Under the pieces are notes generated by a model, which saw only the letters and a list, made by a program, of their open reading frames with translations, was not told where the DNA came from and made no database searches. The position numbers and the translations under genes are program-made. From contig NIVC01000327.1 in assembly GCA_002269645.1 (NCBI GenBank), positions 186,001 to 250,000 of the forward strand: a stretch of 64,000 nt of DNA, in the 5' to 3' direction. The stretch's first letter is position 1. Each line of letters starts with the position of its first letter. The DNA is from Macrostomum lignano (Eukaryota). Shown here in pieces: positions 1 through 14,370 of this stretch.

Positions 1-1965
1 AGACTGAGAGGCAGACTCTGAGAGGGAGAGACTGAGAGGCAGAGACTGAGAGGGCGAGAGTAAGAGGGAGAGAGTGAGAGGGAGAGAGTGAGATGGAGAG
101 AGTGAGATGGAGAGAGTGAGAGGGAGAGAGTGAGATGGAGAGAGTGAGAGGGAGAGAGTGAGATGGAGAGAGTGAGAGGGAGAGAGTGAGAGGGAGAGAC
201 TGAGAGGGAGAGACTGAGAGGGCGAGAGTAAGAGGGAGAGAGTGAGAGGGAGAGAGTGAGATGGAGAGAGTGAGATGGAGAGAGTGAGATGGAGAGAGTG
301 AGATGGAGAGAGTGAGAGGGAGAGACTGAGAGGGAGAGAGTGAGAGGGAGAGAGTGAGAGGCAGAGACTGAGAGGGAGAGACTGAGAGGCAGAGACTGAG
401 AGGGAGAGAGTAAGAGGGAGAGACTGAGAGGGAGAGACTGAGAGGGAGAGACTGAGAGGGCGAGAGTAAGAGGGAGAGACAGAGAGGGAGAGAGTGAGAT
501 GAAGAAAGTGAGAGGGAGAGAGTGAGATGGAAAGAGTGAGAGGGAGAGAGTGAGACGGAGAGAGTGAGAGGGAGAGAGTGAGATGGAAAGAGTGAGAGGA
601 GAGAGTGAGATGGAGAGAGTGAGAGGGAGAGAGTGAGATGGAGAGAGTGAGATGGAGAGAGTGAGATGGAGAGAGTGAGAGGGAGAGAGTGAGATGGAGA
701 GAGTGAGAGGGAGAGAGTGAGATGGAGAGAGTGAGATGGAGAGAGTGAGATGGAGAGAGTGAGAGGGAGAGAGTGAGATGGAGAGAGTGAGAGGAGAGAG
801 TGAGATGGAGAGAGTGAGAGGGAGAGAGTGAGATGGAGAGAGTGAGATGGAGAGAGTGAGAGGGAGAGAGTGAGATGGAGAGAGTGAGATGGAGAGAGTG
901 AGATGGAGAGAGTGAGATGGAGAGACTGATAGGGAGAGACTGATAGGGAGAGACTTATAGGGAGAGACTGAGAGGGAGAGACTGAGAGGGAGAGACTGAG
1001 AGGCAGAGACTGAGAGGCAGAGACTGAGAGGGAGAGACTGAGAGGCAGAGACTGAGAGGGAGAGACTGAGAGGCAGACTCTGAGAGGCAGAGACTGAGAG
1101 GCAGAGACTGAGAGGCAGAGACTGAGAGGCAAAGACTGAGAGGCAGACTCTGAGAAGGAGAGACTGGTAGGGAGAGACTGAGAGGGAGAGACTGAGAGGC
1201 AGAGACTGAGAGGCAGAGACTGAGAGGGAGAGACTGAGAGGGAGAGACTGAGAGGGAGAGACTGAGAGGCAGACTCTGAGAGGGAGAGACTGAGAGGCAG
1301 ACTCTGAGAGGGAGAGACTGAGAGGCAGACTCTGAGAAGGAGAGACTGAGAGGCAGAGACTGAGAAGGAGAGACTGAGAGGCAGACTCTGAGAGGGAGAG
1401 ACTAAGAGGCAGACTCTGAGAGGGAGAGACTAAGAGGCAGAGACTGAGAGGGAGAGACTGAGAGGCAGACTCTGAGAGGCAGAGACTGAGAGGCAGAGAC
1501 TGAGAGGCAGAGACTGAGAGGGAGAGACTAAGAGGCAGAGACTGAGAGGCAGAGACTGAGAGGGAGAGACTAAGAGGCAGAGACTGAGAGGCAGAGACTG
1601 AGAGACAGACTCTGAGAGGCAGAGACTGAGAGGGAGAGACTGAGAGGCAGAGACTGAGAGGGAGAGACTGAGAGGCAGACTCTGAGAGGCAGAGACTGAG
1701 AGGCAGAGACTGAGAGGGAGAGACTGAGAGTCAGAGACTGAGAGGGAGAGACTGAGAGGCAGACTCTGAGAAGGAGAGACTGAGAGGCAGAGACTGAGAG
1801 GGAGAGACTGAGAGGCAGACTCTGAGAGGCAGAGACTGAGAGGCAGAGACTGAGAGGGAGAGACTGAGAGGCAGACTCTGAGAGGCAGAGACTGAGAGGC
1901 AGAGACTGAGAGGCAGAGACTGAGAGGCAGACTCTGAGAGGCAGAGACTGAGAGGGAGAGACTGG
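1..1965. repeat. GA-rich minisatellite, ~14-bp units (GAGAGGGAGAGACT / GAGATGGAGAGAGT / GAGAGGCAGAGACT)
   Basis: Direct tandem repetition; variant units cluster in blocks; runs off the window start. Confidence 0.95.
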
Positions 1966-2289
1966 CAGATAGAGATCAAGTACTAAGAGATCAATTGAGA
2001 AGCAGATTGGAAAAAGCAGAGAAAAAGGTGAAGTCAAAGTGAGCAATGCACTCATACTGCAGATCGAATAGCTGTCAGGGCGTGGTCGGCACAGACTGCC
2101 GGTCAATGGACAGCTCAGTAAAGAGAGTGATGGTCTTGGGAAATCACTGACGACATAAAAGGCATTATTCCAGATTTACAAAGGATACGGGAGAATCATT
2201 ATGTTGCCCTGGCGTTCGTGTGGGCTTTCCCAATTCAATGCAAGCGGTATTGTGATTGCGCCTCAAGATAAATTGAGTCAGGCCCTAAA

Positions 2290-3640
2290 ATGAATGCTTG
2301 AGTTAGGCGCCAAAATGGGTGCTTAGGTGAGGCACTAAATTAAAATGAGTGATTGATTGAGGCGCTAAATTCGGTGATTGAGTAAAGCGCTAAAATTAGT
2401 GATGCGCCAAAATCAATGACTGATTGAAGCGCCAAACTGAGAGGTTGAGGCGCTAAAATGAATGACTGATTGAAGCGCCAAACTGAGAGGTTGAGGCGCC
2501 AAAATGAATGACTGATTGAAGCGCCAAACTGAGAGGTTGAGGCGCCAAACTGAGAGAATGAGGCGCCAAACTGAGAGGTTGAGGCGCCAAAATGAATGAC
2601 TGATTGAAGCGCCAAACTGAGAGGTTGAGGCGCCAAACTGAGAGAATGAGGCGCCAAACTGAGAGGTTGAGGCGCCAAAATGAATGACTGATTGAAGCGC
2701 CAAACTGAGAGGTTGAGGCGCCAAACTGAGAGAATGAGGCGCCAAACTGAGAGGTTGAGGCGCCAAAATGAATGACTGATTGAAGCGCCAACTGAGAGGT
2801 TGAGGCGCCAAAATGAATGACTGATTGAAGCGCCAAACTGAGAGGTTGAGGCGCCAAATGAATGACTGATTGAAGCGCCAAACTGAGAGGTTGAGGCGCA
2901 AAATGAATGACAGATTAAAGCGCCAAACTGAGAGGTTGAGGCGCCAAAATGAATGATTGATTGAAGCGCCAAACTGAGAGGTTGAGGCGCCAAAGTGAAT
3001 GACTGATTGAAGCGCCAACTGAGAGGTTGAGGCGCCAAAATGAATGATTGATTGAAGCGCCAAACTGAGAGGTTGAGGCGCCAAAATGAATGACTGATTG
3101 AAGCGCCAAACTGAGAGGTTGAGGCGCCAAAGTGAATGACTGATTGAAGCGCCAAACTGAGAGGTTGAGGCGCCAAAATGAATGATTGATTGAAGCGCCA
3201 AACTGAGAGGTTGAGGCGCCAAACTGAGAGAATGAGGCGCCAAACTGAGAGGTTGAGGCGCCAAATGAATGACTGATTAAAGCGCCAAACTGAGAGGTTG
3301 AGGCGCCAAAATGAATGATTGATTGAAGCGCCAAACTGAGAGGTTGAGGCGCCAAAATGAATGACTGATTGAAGCGCCAAACTGAGAGGTTGAGGCGCCA
3401 AAATGAATGACTGATTGAAGCGCCAAACTGAGAGGTTGAGGCGCCAAAATGAATGATTGATTGAAGCGCCAAACTGAGAGGTTGAGGCGCCAAAATGAAT
3501 GACTGATTGAAGCGCCAAACTGAGAGGTTGAGGCGCCAAAATGAATGACTGATTGAAGCGCCAAACTGAGAGGTTGAGGCGCCAAAATGAATGATTGATT
3601 GAAGCGCCAAACTGAGAGGTTGAGGCGCCAAAATGAATGA
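2290..3640. repeat. Composite 46-bp minisatellite (AAACTGAGAGGTTGAGGCGCC + AAAATGAATGACTGATTGAAGCGCC)
   Basis: Tandem 21+25-bp subunits, each ending in GCGCC, with occasional 21-bp AGAAT variants. Confidence 0.95.
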
Positions 3641-4033
3641 AAATTTCAAAAACAACCACAAGTGAACCAGAGCTCACAAAGGACACAAGTTGAATGCAGA
3701 AACCGGCTTCCAAAAGGGATCGGATTAAAAAGCACTCAGCTGAGGGGGGCAATTCATTAGAATTGTAATCATAATTCGGAATCATGTGTGATAAATCATT
3801 TTTCAACTCGATGTGCGGAACGCATGGGCGGCGCACTTCTTGATCCTTATTGACCAAAATTCATCTCTCATTTTGAAGTAGCGAGCAAGCTGCTCCAGTG
3901 CTGATATGCTAATCGGCTTGGGGCTTGAGCTGTAAAAGTACATGCAAGCCCAGCAGATGCAATATTCTAGCGACCCTAGCAACCAGATGTGATACTATAG
4001 CGACCCTATACAAATATCATATCTGTAAGATTT

Positions 4034-4391
<358 letters not shown>

Positions 4392-4699
4392 CGCTTCGCT
4401 CGCTCTTTCTCGCTATCTACTATCAATAGCCAGGACCTGCACCGGAGCGGTTACGAAAATTAGATTTCTAGGTAGTTGCACGTACTCTTTTGCACTACTT
4501 GAGTAGTCTGATTTTCGTTCGGCATGGATAGGTTCCAGCAGGTACTTCCTCTGGATAAAAGCGCTTACCGCGCCCATTGGCTTTCCAGCTGCCTTAATCG
4601 TTTCCGGTGATCTTGTGTGCGTGCTTTCAGCTTGATTGGCTGCGGCAAGCAAGCTCGAAAGAGCTCGCTTCGCTCGCTTCGCTCGCTCTTTCTCGCTAT

Positions 4700-5010
<311 letters not shown>

Positions 5011-5624
5011 TTACCTATGATCAAGCACAAACAAGTAAGTATTTACCGTTATTCAATCGCCTTCCAATTCCCTAGAACTTCAAATCCGCCGCTCAGAGCA
5101 TTGCTGAGAAGTCAGCTCTATACTCAGTATTGACTCAGCCTTATAACTCCCCAGCTGGTTGCCCTTGGCAACTGGGATGTGAAACTTTTCCAAGCGACCA
5201 ACCGTCTCAACTTCTTTCTTCTTCTCCCTTTCCTAGTGGGCCGGCGTGAGGAGCCATTGCTGTTTGCTAAATTGCAAGGCAGAGCCAAGTAAGACCCAGC
5301 CCAGCAGGTGTATAATGTTATATTTATACTACTTAAAGCGTAGCGCAAGTCAATCAATGCTTGTAGAATCCGATGCTATTTTTAGAAACCAATTTTGGAT
5401 TTCACCCCCGCCAAGCAGAGCGAGTTGGTCAATGATGGCCTCTAATTAAGCTGTAAAAAAGGTACCTAGAAAATATAGCCCTTTTCAAAGTAGCGAGAGC
5501 ACTAGTGAAATCTCTATTTTGATCATAAACTGCGACTCACGCCTTAAAGTGGAATCAGTTTAACTTCATCTTTAACGGAATAGCAAGAAAAAATGATATT
5601 GAAGATGGGAGTGATAAAAAGGAG

Positions 5625-5895
5625 TGACAATGAGGAGAGTGACACTGAGTAGAGTTCCAATAATGAGAGTGACACTGAGTAAAGTGACACTGAGTAGTGT
5701 GACAGTGAGTGACACTGAGAAGAGTCTCACTGAGTAGAGTTACACAGAGTAGAGTGACATTGAGTAGAGTGACAGAGAATAGAGTGGCAATAAGGAGTGA
5801 CACTGAGTAGAGTGACACTGAGTAGAGTGACAGAGAGTAGAGCGACACTGAGTAGAGTGGCAGGGAGTAGAGTGGCAATGAGGAGTGGCAGTTAG
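5625..5895. repeat. 15-bp minisatellite (GAGTAGAGTGACACT)
   Basis: Degenerate tandem units. Confidence 0.85.
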
Positions 5896-6214
5896 AGACG
5901 AGACGATTTACATGGTCCCACATAGGCAAATCAATTTTTCCGAGTATGCAAAAGCCATCAATCATTTGAAAATTTGCAAATGCAAAAAACAGCACGATTT
6001 GAGGCCTGATTGATAACTGGCTACTCATCCACAATAATGGGGACACCTATCAAGACTATAATATTGAGTGTCAGTTCCAATTAGCAGGCTCAATATTCAT
6101 ACATCTGATAGGTGCTAAGGTTTAAATTGTATGAGTATATGAACGGCTTCCAACTAAAAAATAGTTTAAATTTTTTCTGCTCAACTAATCTGTACTTCAG
6201 TCGGTATAACTGCT

Positions 6215-6825
6215 AAGTGGACACAACAGTCCTCAGGTGGACACACACTGCACCTAAATGAACACACAATGCCTCTAGTGGACACAAAGTGCCTCTAAGT
6301 GGACACACGCTGCCTCTAAGTAGACACACGCTGCCTCTAAGTGGACACACGCTGCATTTAAGTGGACACACGCTGCATATAAGTGGACACACGCTGCATT
6401 TTAGTGGACACACACAGCTTTTAAGTGGACACACACAGCTTTTAAGTGGACACAGACAGCTTTTAAGTGGACACACGCTGCATCTAAGTGGACACACGCT
6501 GCATTTAAGTAGACACACGCTGCATTTAAGTAGACACACGCTGCCTCTAAGTGGACACACACACTGCATCTAAGTGGGCACACACAGCTTTTAAGTGGAC
6601 ACACAATGTCTAAGTGGACACACACACATCTTTTAAGTGGACACACAATGTCTAAGTGGACACACACATCTTTTAAGTGGACACACAATGTCTAAGTGGA
6701 CGCACACTAGATGGACACAAACTGCTTCTAAGTGAACACACACTGCCTCTAAGTGGACACACGCTGCATTTAAGTGGACAAAATGCATCTAAGTAGACAC
6801 ACACGGCCTCTAAGTGGACACACTA
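6215..6825. repeat. 21-23-bp minisatellite (TAAGTGGACACACGCTGCATT)
   Basis: Tandem units with an invariant TAAGTGGACAC core. Confidence 0.92.
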
Positions 6826-7375
6826 TTCCTTGAAGTCGAGACACGGGGTATTCATTCAATGAAAGAATCTTTGCTCACAAACCAAAAACAACAGAATTTT
6901 TGCTAAAGAGACAACAGAAACTTGATACACTTGCGCAGCTGAGGGCCATCCATTTATTTTTGGCAGTCATTTAGAATGATTAATAATGATTTCCCTAGGA
7001 CAATGTGGAAATATAAAAGCATGCACACATGAGAAAGAACCGCTCTATTGAAACCTACATGAATATGATGTATGTGGATATAAAACACAGACTAAATCGA
7101 CTCTTACTTAATCTTTTGTGTTCGACAAAGAGTAGTCGAAGATGAAATTGATCAGAAATTGCTTTTTTTCTTCCTTAGGGGATCGGTTCATTGTTCATAT
7201 CTCATATGACAACAGTTATGTAATTTAAGGTCTAATTATAGCTGACATTGCTTTGCTCTTTGAGCGAGCTTTGTTTAAGGCGGCGCTATTGACTAGTTGC
7301 TATTCTGAATTAGCAGTGGGGACTGGCATTAACAATCTCCACTCCTAGCTCTCTGTATGCATGGTTCATGTACTG

Positions 7376-9055
7376 TCCTCTCCTCTCTCCCCTCTCCCCT
7401 CTCCCCTCTCCTCTCTCCCCTCTCCTCTCTCTCCTCTCCCCTCTCCTCTCTCCTCTCTCCCGTGTCCTCTCTCCCCTCTCCTCTCTCCCCTCTCCTCTCT
7501 CCTCTCTCCTCTCTCCTCTCTCCTCTCTCCTCTCTCCTCTCTCCTCTCCCCTCTCCTCTCTCTCCGTGTCCTCTCTCCCTCTCCTCTCTCCCCTCTCCTC
7601 TCTCCTCTCTCCTCTCTCTTCTCTCTCGTGTCCTCTCTCCTCTCTCCTCTCTCCTCTCTCCTCTCCCCTCTCCTCTCTCCCGTGTCCTCTCTCCCCTCTC
7701 CTCTCTCCCCTCTCCCGTGTCCTCTCTCCCCTCTCCTCTCTCCCCTCTCCCCTCTCCTCTCTCCTCTCTCCCGTGTCCTCTCTCCCCTCTCCTCTCTCCC
7801 CTCTCCCCTCTCCTCTCTCCTCTCTCCCGTGTCCTCTCTCCCCTCTCCTCTCTCCCCTCTCTCTCTCTCTCTCTCTCTCCTCTCTCTTCTCTCTCGTGTC
7901 CTCTCTCCTCTCTCCTCTCTCCTCTCTCCTCTCCACTCTCCTCTCTCCCGTGTCCTCTCTCCCCTCTCCTCTCTCCCCTCTCCCGTGTCCTCTCTCCCCT
8001 CTCCTCTCTCCCCTCCCCCCTCTCCTCTCTCCTCTCTCCCGTGTCCTCTCTCCCCTCTCCTCTCTCCCCTCTCCTCTCTCCTCTCTCCTCTCTCTTCTCT
8101 CTCGTGTCCTCTCTCCTCTCACCTCTCTCCTCTCTCCTCTCTCCTCTCCCCTCTCCTCTCTCCCGTGTCCTCTCTCCCCTCTCCTCTCTCCCCTCTCCTG
8201 TCTCCTCTCTCCTCTCTCCCCTCTCCCCTCTCCCCTCTCCCCTCTCCTCTCTCCCCTCTCCCCTCTCCTCTCTCCTCTCTCCCGTGTCCTCTCTCCCCTC
8301 TCCTCTCTCCCCTCTCCTCTCTCCTCTCTCCTCTCTCTTCTCTCTCGTGTCCTCTCTCCTCTCTCCTCTCTCCTCTCTCCTCTCCCCTCTCCTCTCTCCC
8401 GTGTCCTCTCTCCCCTCTCCTCTCTCCCCTCTCCTCTCTCCTCTCTCCTCTCTCCCGTGTCCTCTCTCCCCTCTCCTCTCTCCCCTCTCCTCTCTCCTCT
8501 CTCCTCTCTCTTCTCTCTCGTGTCCTCTCTCCTCTCTCCTCTCTCCTCTCTCCTCTCCCCTCTCCTCTCTCCCGTGTCCTCTCTCCCCTCTCCTCTCTCC
8601 TCTCTCCTCTCTCCTCTCCTCTCTCCCCTCTCCTCTCTCCTCTCTCCCCTCTCCCCTCTCCTCTCTCCTCTCTCCTCTCTCCTCTCCTCTCTCCCCTCTC
8701 CTCTCTCCTCTCTCCCCTCTCCCCTCTCCTCTCTCCTCTCTCCTCTCTCCTCTCTCCCCTCTCCTCTCCCCCCTCTTATCACTCCCTTCTCCGCTCTCCC
8801 ACATTCACTTTCCCTCTCCCCCACCCTTCTCCTCCCTCCCCTCTCCTCTCCAACCCTATCCTCTCTCCCTTCTCCTCCCTCCCCTCTTTTCTCTGCCCTC
8901 TCCTCTCTCCCCTCTCCTCTCTCTTCCCTCCACTCTCTTCTTTCTTCTCTCCTCCATCTCCTCTCCCCATCTTATCTTTCCCCTATCTTCTTCTCTCTTC
9001 TGTCCTTTATCCCCTCTCTTCCCCTCCCTATCTTCTTCACTCCTCTCTCTCCCCT
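7376..9055. repeat. CT-rich polypyrimidine satellite with periodic CCGTGT/CTCGTGT marks
   Basis: Almost entirely C/T on the + strand. Confidence 0.95.
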
Positions 9056-9314
9056 TTAACTTTCACTAATCTGAAACACACCATACGCAACATATCGTTA
9101 GGGAGCAGCTCTTTGTCATGTTTCTAGCTCACTACTTGAAATTGGTTTACACTGCAGTATTTGCCTATTTGTTTTCGAATTCAAATTTGCTTCGTTTATT
9201 ACTTTTTAAGTAGCAAAACAAGATAACTATTGTTAAAATAGCATTTTTAGAAAAATATGAGTCACTACAACTCTTACTGAATACTACAGAAAACAGAAAC
9301 TATGAGTCACTAAA

Positions 9315-9605
9315 CATCTGTTAGACTTTATCTGTTAGACATCTGTTGGACATCTGTTAGACTTAGACATCTGTTAGACAGCTGTTACAAATTTGTTAGA
9401 CTTTATCTGTTAGACGTCTGTTAAACATCTGTTAGACATCTGTTAGACAGCTGTTAGACATCTGTTAGACATCTGTTAGATGTCTGTTAGAGATCTATTA
9501 AAGACCTGTTAGACATCTGTTATCCATCTGTTAGATGTCTGTTAGAGATCTATTAGACATCTATTAGACATTATTCATGCATCCACTAGATACATGTTAG
9601 ACAAA
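9315..9605. repeat. 11-bp minisatellite (GTTAGACATCT), copy 1
   Basis: Tandem units; same family as 12630-13500. Confidence 0.9.
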
Positions 9606-9729
9606 CAGAGGTTATGAGAAGTTTTGCAAAACCAAATGAAGCAATTCTGATGTGACTGAATATCAGGAATTTAGGCTTCAGTGAAGAGTAAAAGAGACAG
9701 CTAGGTCGAGGCCAGGGCTAGCGGAGGCT

Positions 9730-10052
9730 GGGGTACAGATGAAGAGGAAAAGCGGTCGCGAGCCCCTGTGCACCAGCAGCCGATGCAGCTTTAGGGACCC
9801 ATCACTGGAACCCACCAGGAGGCTGGGAGTCTGTGGGACGATGAAGAATGATGATAATCCAGATCTGCAGCGTTTGGGGGGAAGAGAGGGGAGGCAGACA
9901 GAGAGTTATAAATGTGGGACCAGATGCACACACAGGGTAGGACAGTCTCTCAGCTGCATCGCCAACACAGTTAGAGAGAAAGTTTTATTCTGAACTGCAC
10001 TTTTAATACTGGTAACAGGAGCCTGCAGACTGCTGATTTGCAGCACATTTGG
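9730..10052 (-). CDS. Candidate exons of a WD40/beta-propeller-like protein (10052-9934 and 9864 to ~9730)
   Basis: Acceptors ...ccctacag and a long polypyrimidine tract ...cgctgcag; a phase-2 GT donor at 9933 joins the exons in frame to give PNVLQISSLQAPVTSIKS...PTL-SGLSSFFIVPQTPSLLVGSSDGSLKLHRL. LLVGSSDGSLKLH resembles the WD40 LxSGSxDGTIKLW motif. The rest of the gene could not be assembled. Confidence 0.3.
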
Positions 10053-10077
10053 CTGTAGGGTGAGTTTGTTAAACCAG

Positions 10078-12300
10078 TGAGATTCAGTGAGTGAATGGCA
10101 CACAAAGTGAGTGAATGGCTCATTGAGAGTGAATGCCACACATTGAGAGTGAATGGCACAAATTGAGAATGAATGCTACACATTGAGAGTGAATGCCACA
10201 CATTGAGAGTGAATGCCACACATTGAGAGTGAATGCCACACATTGAGGGTAAATGGCACAAATTGTGAGTGAATGGCAAAAATTGTGAGTGAATGGCACA
10301 CATTGTGAGTGAATGACAACTTGTGAGTGAATGACAACTTGTGAGTGAATGACACAACTTGTGAGTGAATGGCACAAATTGTGAGTGAATGACACAACTT
10401 GTGAGTGAATGCCACACATTGAGAGTGAATGCCACAAATTGAGAATGAATGCCACAAATTGTGAGTGAATGCCACACATTGAGAGTGAATGCCACACATT
10501 GAGAGTGAATGCCACACATTGAGAGTGAATGCCACACATTGAGGGTAAATGGCACAAATTGTGAGTGAATGGCAAAAATTGTGAGTGAATGGCACACATT
10601 GTGAGTGAATGACAACTTGTGAGTGAATGACACAACTTGTGAGTGAATGGCACAAATTGTGAGTGAATGACACAACTTGTGAGTGAATGCCACACATTGA
10701 GAGTGAATGCCACAAATTGAGAATGAATGCCACACATTGAGAGTGAATGCCACACATTGAGGGTAAATGGCACAAATTGTGAGTGAATGGCAAAAATTGT
10801 GAGTGAATGGCACACATTGTGAGTGAATGACAACTTGTGAGTGAATGACACAACTTGTGAGTGAATGGCACACATTGTGAGTGAATGACAACTTGTGAGT
10901 GAATGACACAACTTGTGAGTGAATGGCACAAATTGTGAGTGAATGACACAACTTGTGAGTGAATGCCACACATTGAGAGTGAATGCCACACATTGAGGGT
11001 AAATGGCACAAATTGTGAGTGAATGGCAAAAATTATGAGTGAATGGCACACATTGTGAGTGAATGACAACTTGTGAATGAATGGCACAAATTGTGAGTGA
11101 ATGGCACAAATTGTGAGTGAATGGCTCATGTGAGTGAATAGCACACAAACTGAGTGAATTACTTATTGTGAGTGAATGACACAAAAAGTGATTGAATGGC
11201 ACATTTTGAGTGAATGGCACAAATTGTGAATGAATGGCACAAATTGTGAGTGAATGACACACATTGAGAGTGAATGGCACAAATTGTGAATGAATGGCAC
11301 AAATTGTGAGTGAATGACACAAATTGTGAGTGAATGGCACAAATTGTGAATGAATGGCACAAATTGTGAGTGAATGGCACAAATTGTGAGTGAATGACAC
11401 AACTTGTGAGTGAATGGCACAAATTGTGAGTGAATGGCTCATGTGAGTGAATGGCTCATGTGAGTGAATGGCTCATGTGAGTGAATAGCACACATTGAGA
11501 GTGAATGGCACACATTGAGAGTGAATGCAACACATTGAGAGTGAATGCCACACATTGAGAGTGAATGCCACAAATTGTGAGTGAATGCCACACATTGAGA
11601 GTGAATGGCACACATTGTGAGTGAATGACAACTTGTGAGTGAATGACACAACTTGTGAGTGAATGGCACAAATTTTGAGTGAATGACACAAATTGTGAGT
11701 GAATGGCACAAATTGTGAATGAATGGCACAAATTGTGAGTGAATGGCACAAATTGTGAGTGAATGGCTCATGTGAGTGAATGGCTCATGTGAGTGAATGG
11801 CTCATGTGAGTGAATAGCACACAAACTGAGTGAATTACTTATTGTGAGTGAATGACACAAAAAGTGATTGAATGGCACATTTTGAGTGAATGGCACAAAT
11901 TGTGAATGAATGGCACAAATTGTGAGTGAATGACACAACTTGTGAGTGAACGACACAAATTTTGAGTGAATGGCACAAATTGTGAGTGAATGACACAAAT
12001 TGTGAGTGAATGGCACAAATTGTGAATGAATGGCACAAATTGTGAGTAAATGGCACAAATTGTGAGTGAATGACACAACTTGTGAGTGAATGGCACAAAT
12101 TGTGAGTGAATGGCTCATGTGAGTGAATAGCACATAAACTGAGTGAACTGCTTATTGTGAGTGAATGACACAAAAAGTGAGTGAATGGCACATTTTGAGT
12201 GAATGACACAAATAGTGAGTGAATGGCACATTTTGAGTGAATGGCACAAATTGTGAATGAATGTCTCATTGTAACAGAATGACACTGAGGGTGAGTGAGT
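10078..12300. repeat. 20-bp minisatellite (GTGAGTGAATGGCACAAATT) with higher-order blocks
   Basis: About 110 tandem units; variant patterns recur in blocks. Confidence 0.96.
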
Positions 12301-12629
12301 AAATAGTGAATGGCAAAGTGCAGTAATGGTAACAATAAAGGAAACTTGAGTTCATGTAGGCTGTGATTACATAATTATCCAATAATGTGAGTGAATATGC
12401 AAACTTGCATTAATTATCTTTATAAAAAGCCATTGGCAGGAGAATAAGGTGAAACGCATTCGTAATGAGGTCATTTGGGGTTAACCCAAAGGGTGCAACT
12501 CGACACCAGCTGTGGGACTGCATCTAAAATGTATTGCAGTCCTGCTCGGCAACCGCTAGTGTCAGAAATGTTTCTTTCAGCCGGGAAAGAAACGTTTTAT
12601 CGGAGAAATTTGTGTTTCTGTCAACTATA

Positions 12630-13500
12630 TATGTTAGATATCTGTTAGATATTTGTTAGATATCTGTTAGATATTTGTTAGATATCTGTTAGACATTTGT
12701 TAGATATCTGTTAGACATCTGTTAGATATTTGTTAGATATCTGTTAGACATATGTTAGATATCTGTTAGATATTTGTTAGATATCTGTTAGACATATGTT
12801 AGATATCTGTTAGATATTTGTTAGATATCTGTCAGACATCTGTTAGATATCTGTTAGACATCTGATTGGACATCCGTTAGATATATTTTAGACATCTGTC
12901 AGACATCTGTTAGATACCTGTTAGACATCTGTTAGATATCTGTTAGATATCTGTTAGATATCTGTTAGATATCTGTTAGATACCTGTTAGATACCTGTTA
13001 GACATCTGATTGGACATCCGTTAGATATATGTTAGACATCTGTCAGACATCTGTTAGATACCTGTTAGACATCTGTTAGATACCTGTTAGACATCTGTTA
13101 GATATCTGTTAGATATCTGTTAGACATCTGTAACACATCTGTTAGATATCTGTTATACTGTTAGATATCTGTTAGATATCTGTTAGATATCTGTTAGACA
13201 TCTGTTAGACAGCTGTTAGACATCTGTTAGACATCTGTCAGACATCTGTTAGATACCTGTTAGACATCTGTTAGACATCTTTTAGATATCTTAGGCATCT
13301 GTTAGCTATTTGTTAGACAGCTGTTAGACATCTGTTAGACAGCTGTTAGATATCTGTTAGACGTCTGTTATATATCCGTTATATATCTGTTAGATATCGG
13401 TTAGATATCTGCTTGAAATATGTTAAACATGTGTTAGGTACCTTTAGACAAGTGTTAGACAGTCATCTGTTAGACAGCTGTAAGGCGCAGTTCTGTTAGC
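12630..13500. repeat. 11-bp minisatellite (GTTAGATATCT/GTTAGACATCT), copy 2
   Basis: About 75-80 tandem units. Confidence 0.95.
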
Positions 13501-13874
13501 AGGGGCAAAAGTTTGCACCAGATGAACATTAGATGAGCACCACGCACTGTGCGTAACTCATGCAATTATTTGGCGAACTGGCAATGCAAGAGAAGCTCAT
13601 ATAAAGCAAACCAATTTCTTGTGTTGGAATTGCAAACGATTGCCAAAAAGACCGAGAAACACACTTTATAAGCACTCTGTGAACTGCACCTTTCTGTTCA
13701 CTTTTCTTTCACATTTCCTCTTGACACTTTCCTTAGACGACTCGAGTGCAAACACAGCTCGGGTTCGGCTATGAGATCGGAGAGAGGACTGCACCGAAAA
13801 AAGAACTTGTGTTAAAATTGTAGGTGCAGGGTAGGCTAACTCTTTTGGGGAATTCTGTGATTCCATGGCTCATG

Positions 13875-14370
13875 GAGGGGAATGGCTCAAAGAGGGGAAT
13901 TCTGAGATGCTATGGCTCTCATAGAGGGGAATTCTGAGATGCTATGGCTCTCATAGAGGGGAATTCTGAGATGCTATGGCTCTCATAGAGGGGAATTCTG
14001 AGATGCCATGGCCCATAGAGGGGAATTCTGAGATGCTATGGCTCTCATAGAGGGGAATTCTGAGATGCCATGGCCCAAAGAGGGGAATTCTGAGATGGCT
14101 CAAAGAGGGGAATTCTGAGATGGCTCAAAGAGGGGAATTCTGAGATGCCATTGCTCAAAGAGGGGAGTTCTGAGATGCTATGGCTCACCGAGGGGAGTTC
14201 TGAGATGCTATGGCTCACCGAGGGGAGTTCTGAGATGCTTTGAGGCTCAAAGAGGAAAATTCTGAGATGCCATGGCTCATAGAGGAAAATTCTGAGATGC
14301 CATGGCTCATAGAGGGAAATTCTGAGATGCCATGGCTCATAGAGGGAAATTCTGAGATGCTATGACTCAC
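13875..14370. repeat. 30-32-bp minisatellite (ATAGAGGGGAATTCTGAGATGCTATGGCTCTC)
   Basis: Tandem units. Confidence 0.93.

Noticed and set aside
1960-2290. Complex island with a coiled-coil-like frame (LADRDQVLRDQLRSRLEKAEKK*)
   Set aside because: No convincing splice context or homology; too short to call.
2340-3857. 505-aa and overlapping minus-strand ORFs
   Set aside because: Almost entirely the 46-bp minisatellite read in rotating frames; the unique N-terminal 60 aa matches nothing I recognise.
9971-12335. His/Cys-rich ORFs resembling zinc-finger arrays
   Set aside because: Products of the 20-bp satellite; open in several frames with no C2H2 spacing.
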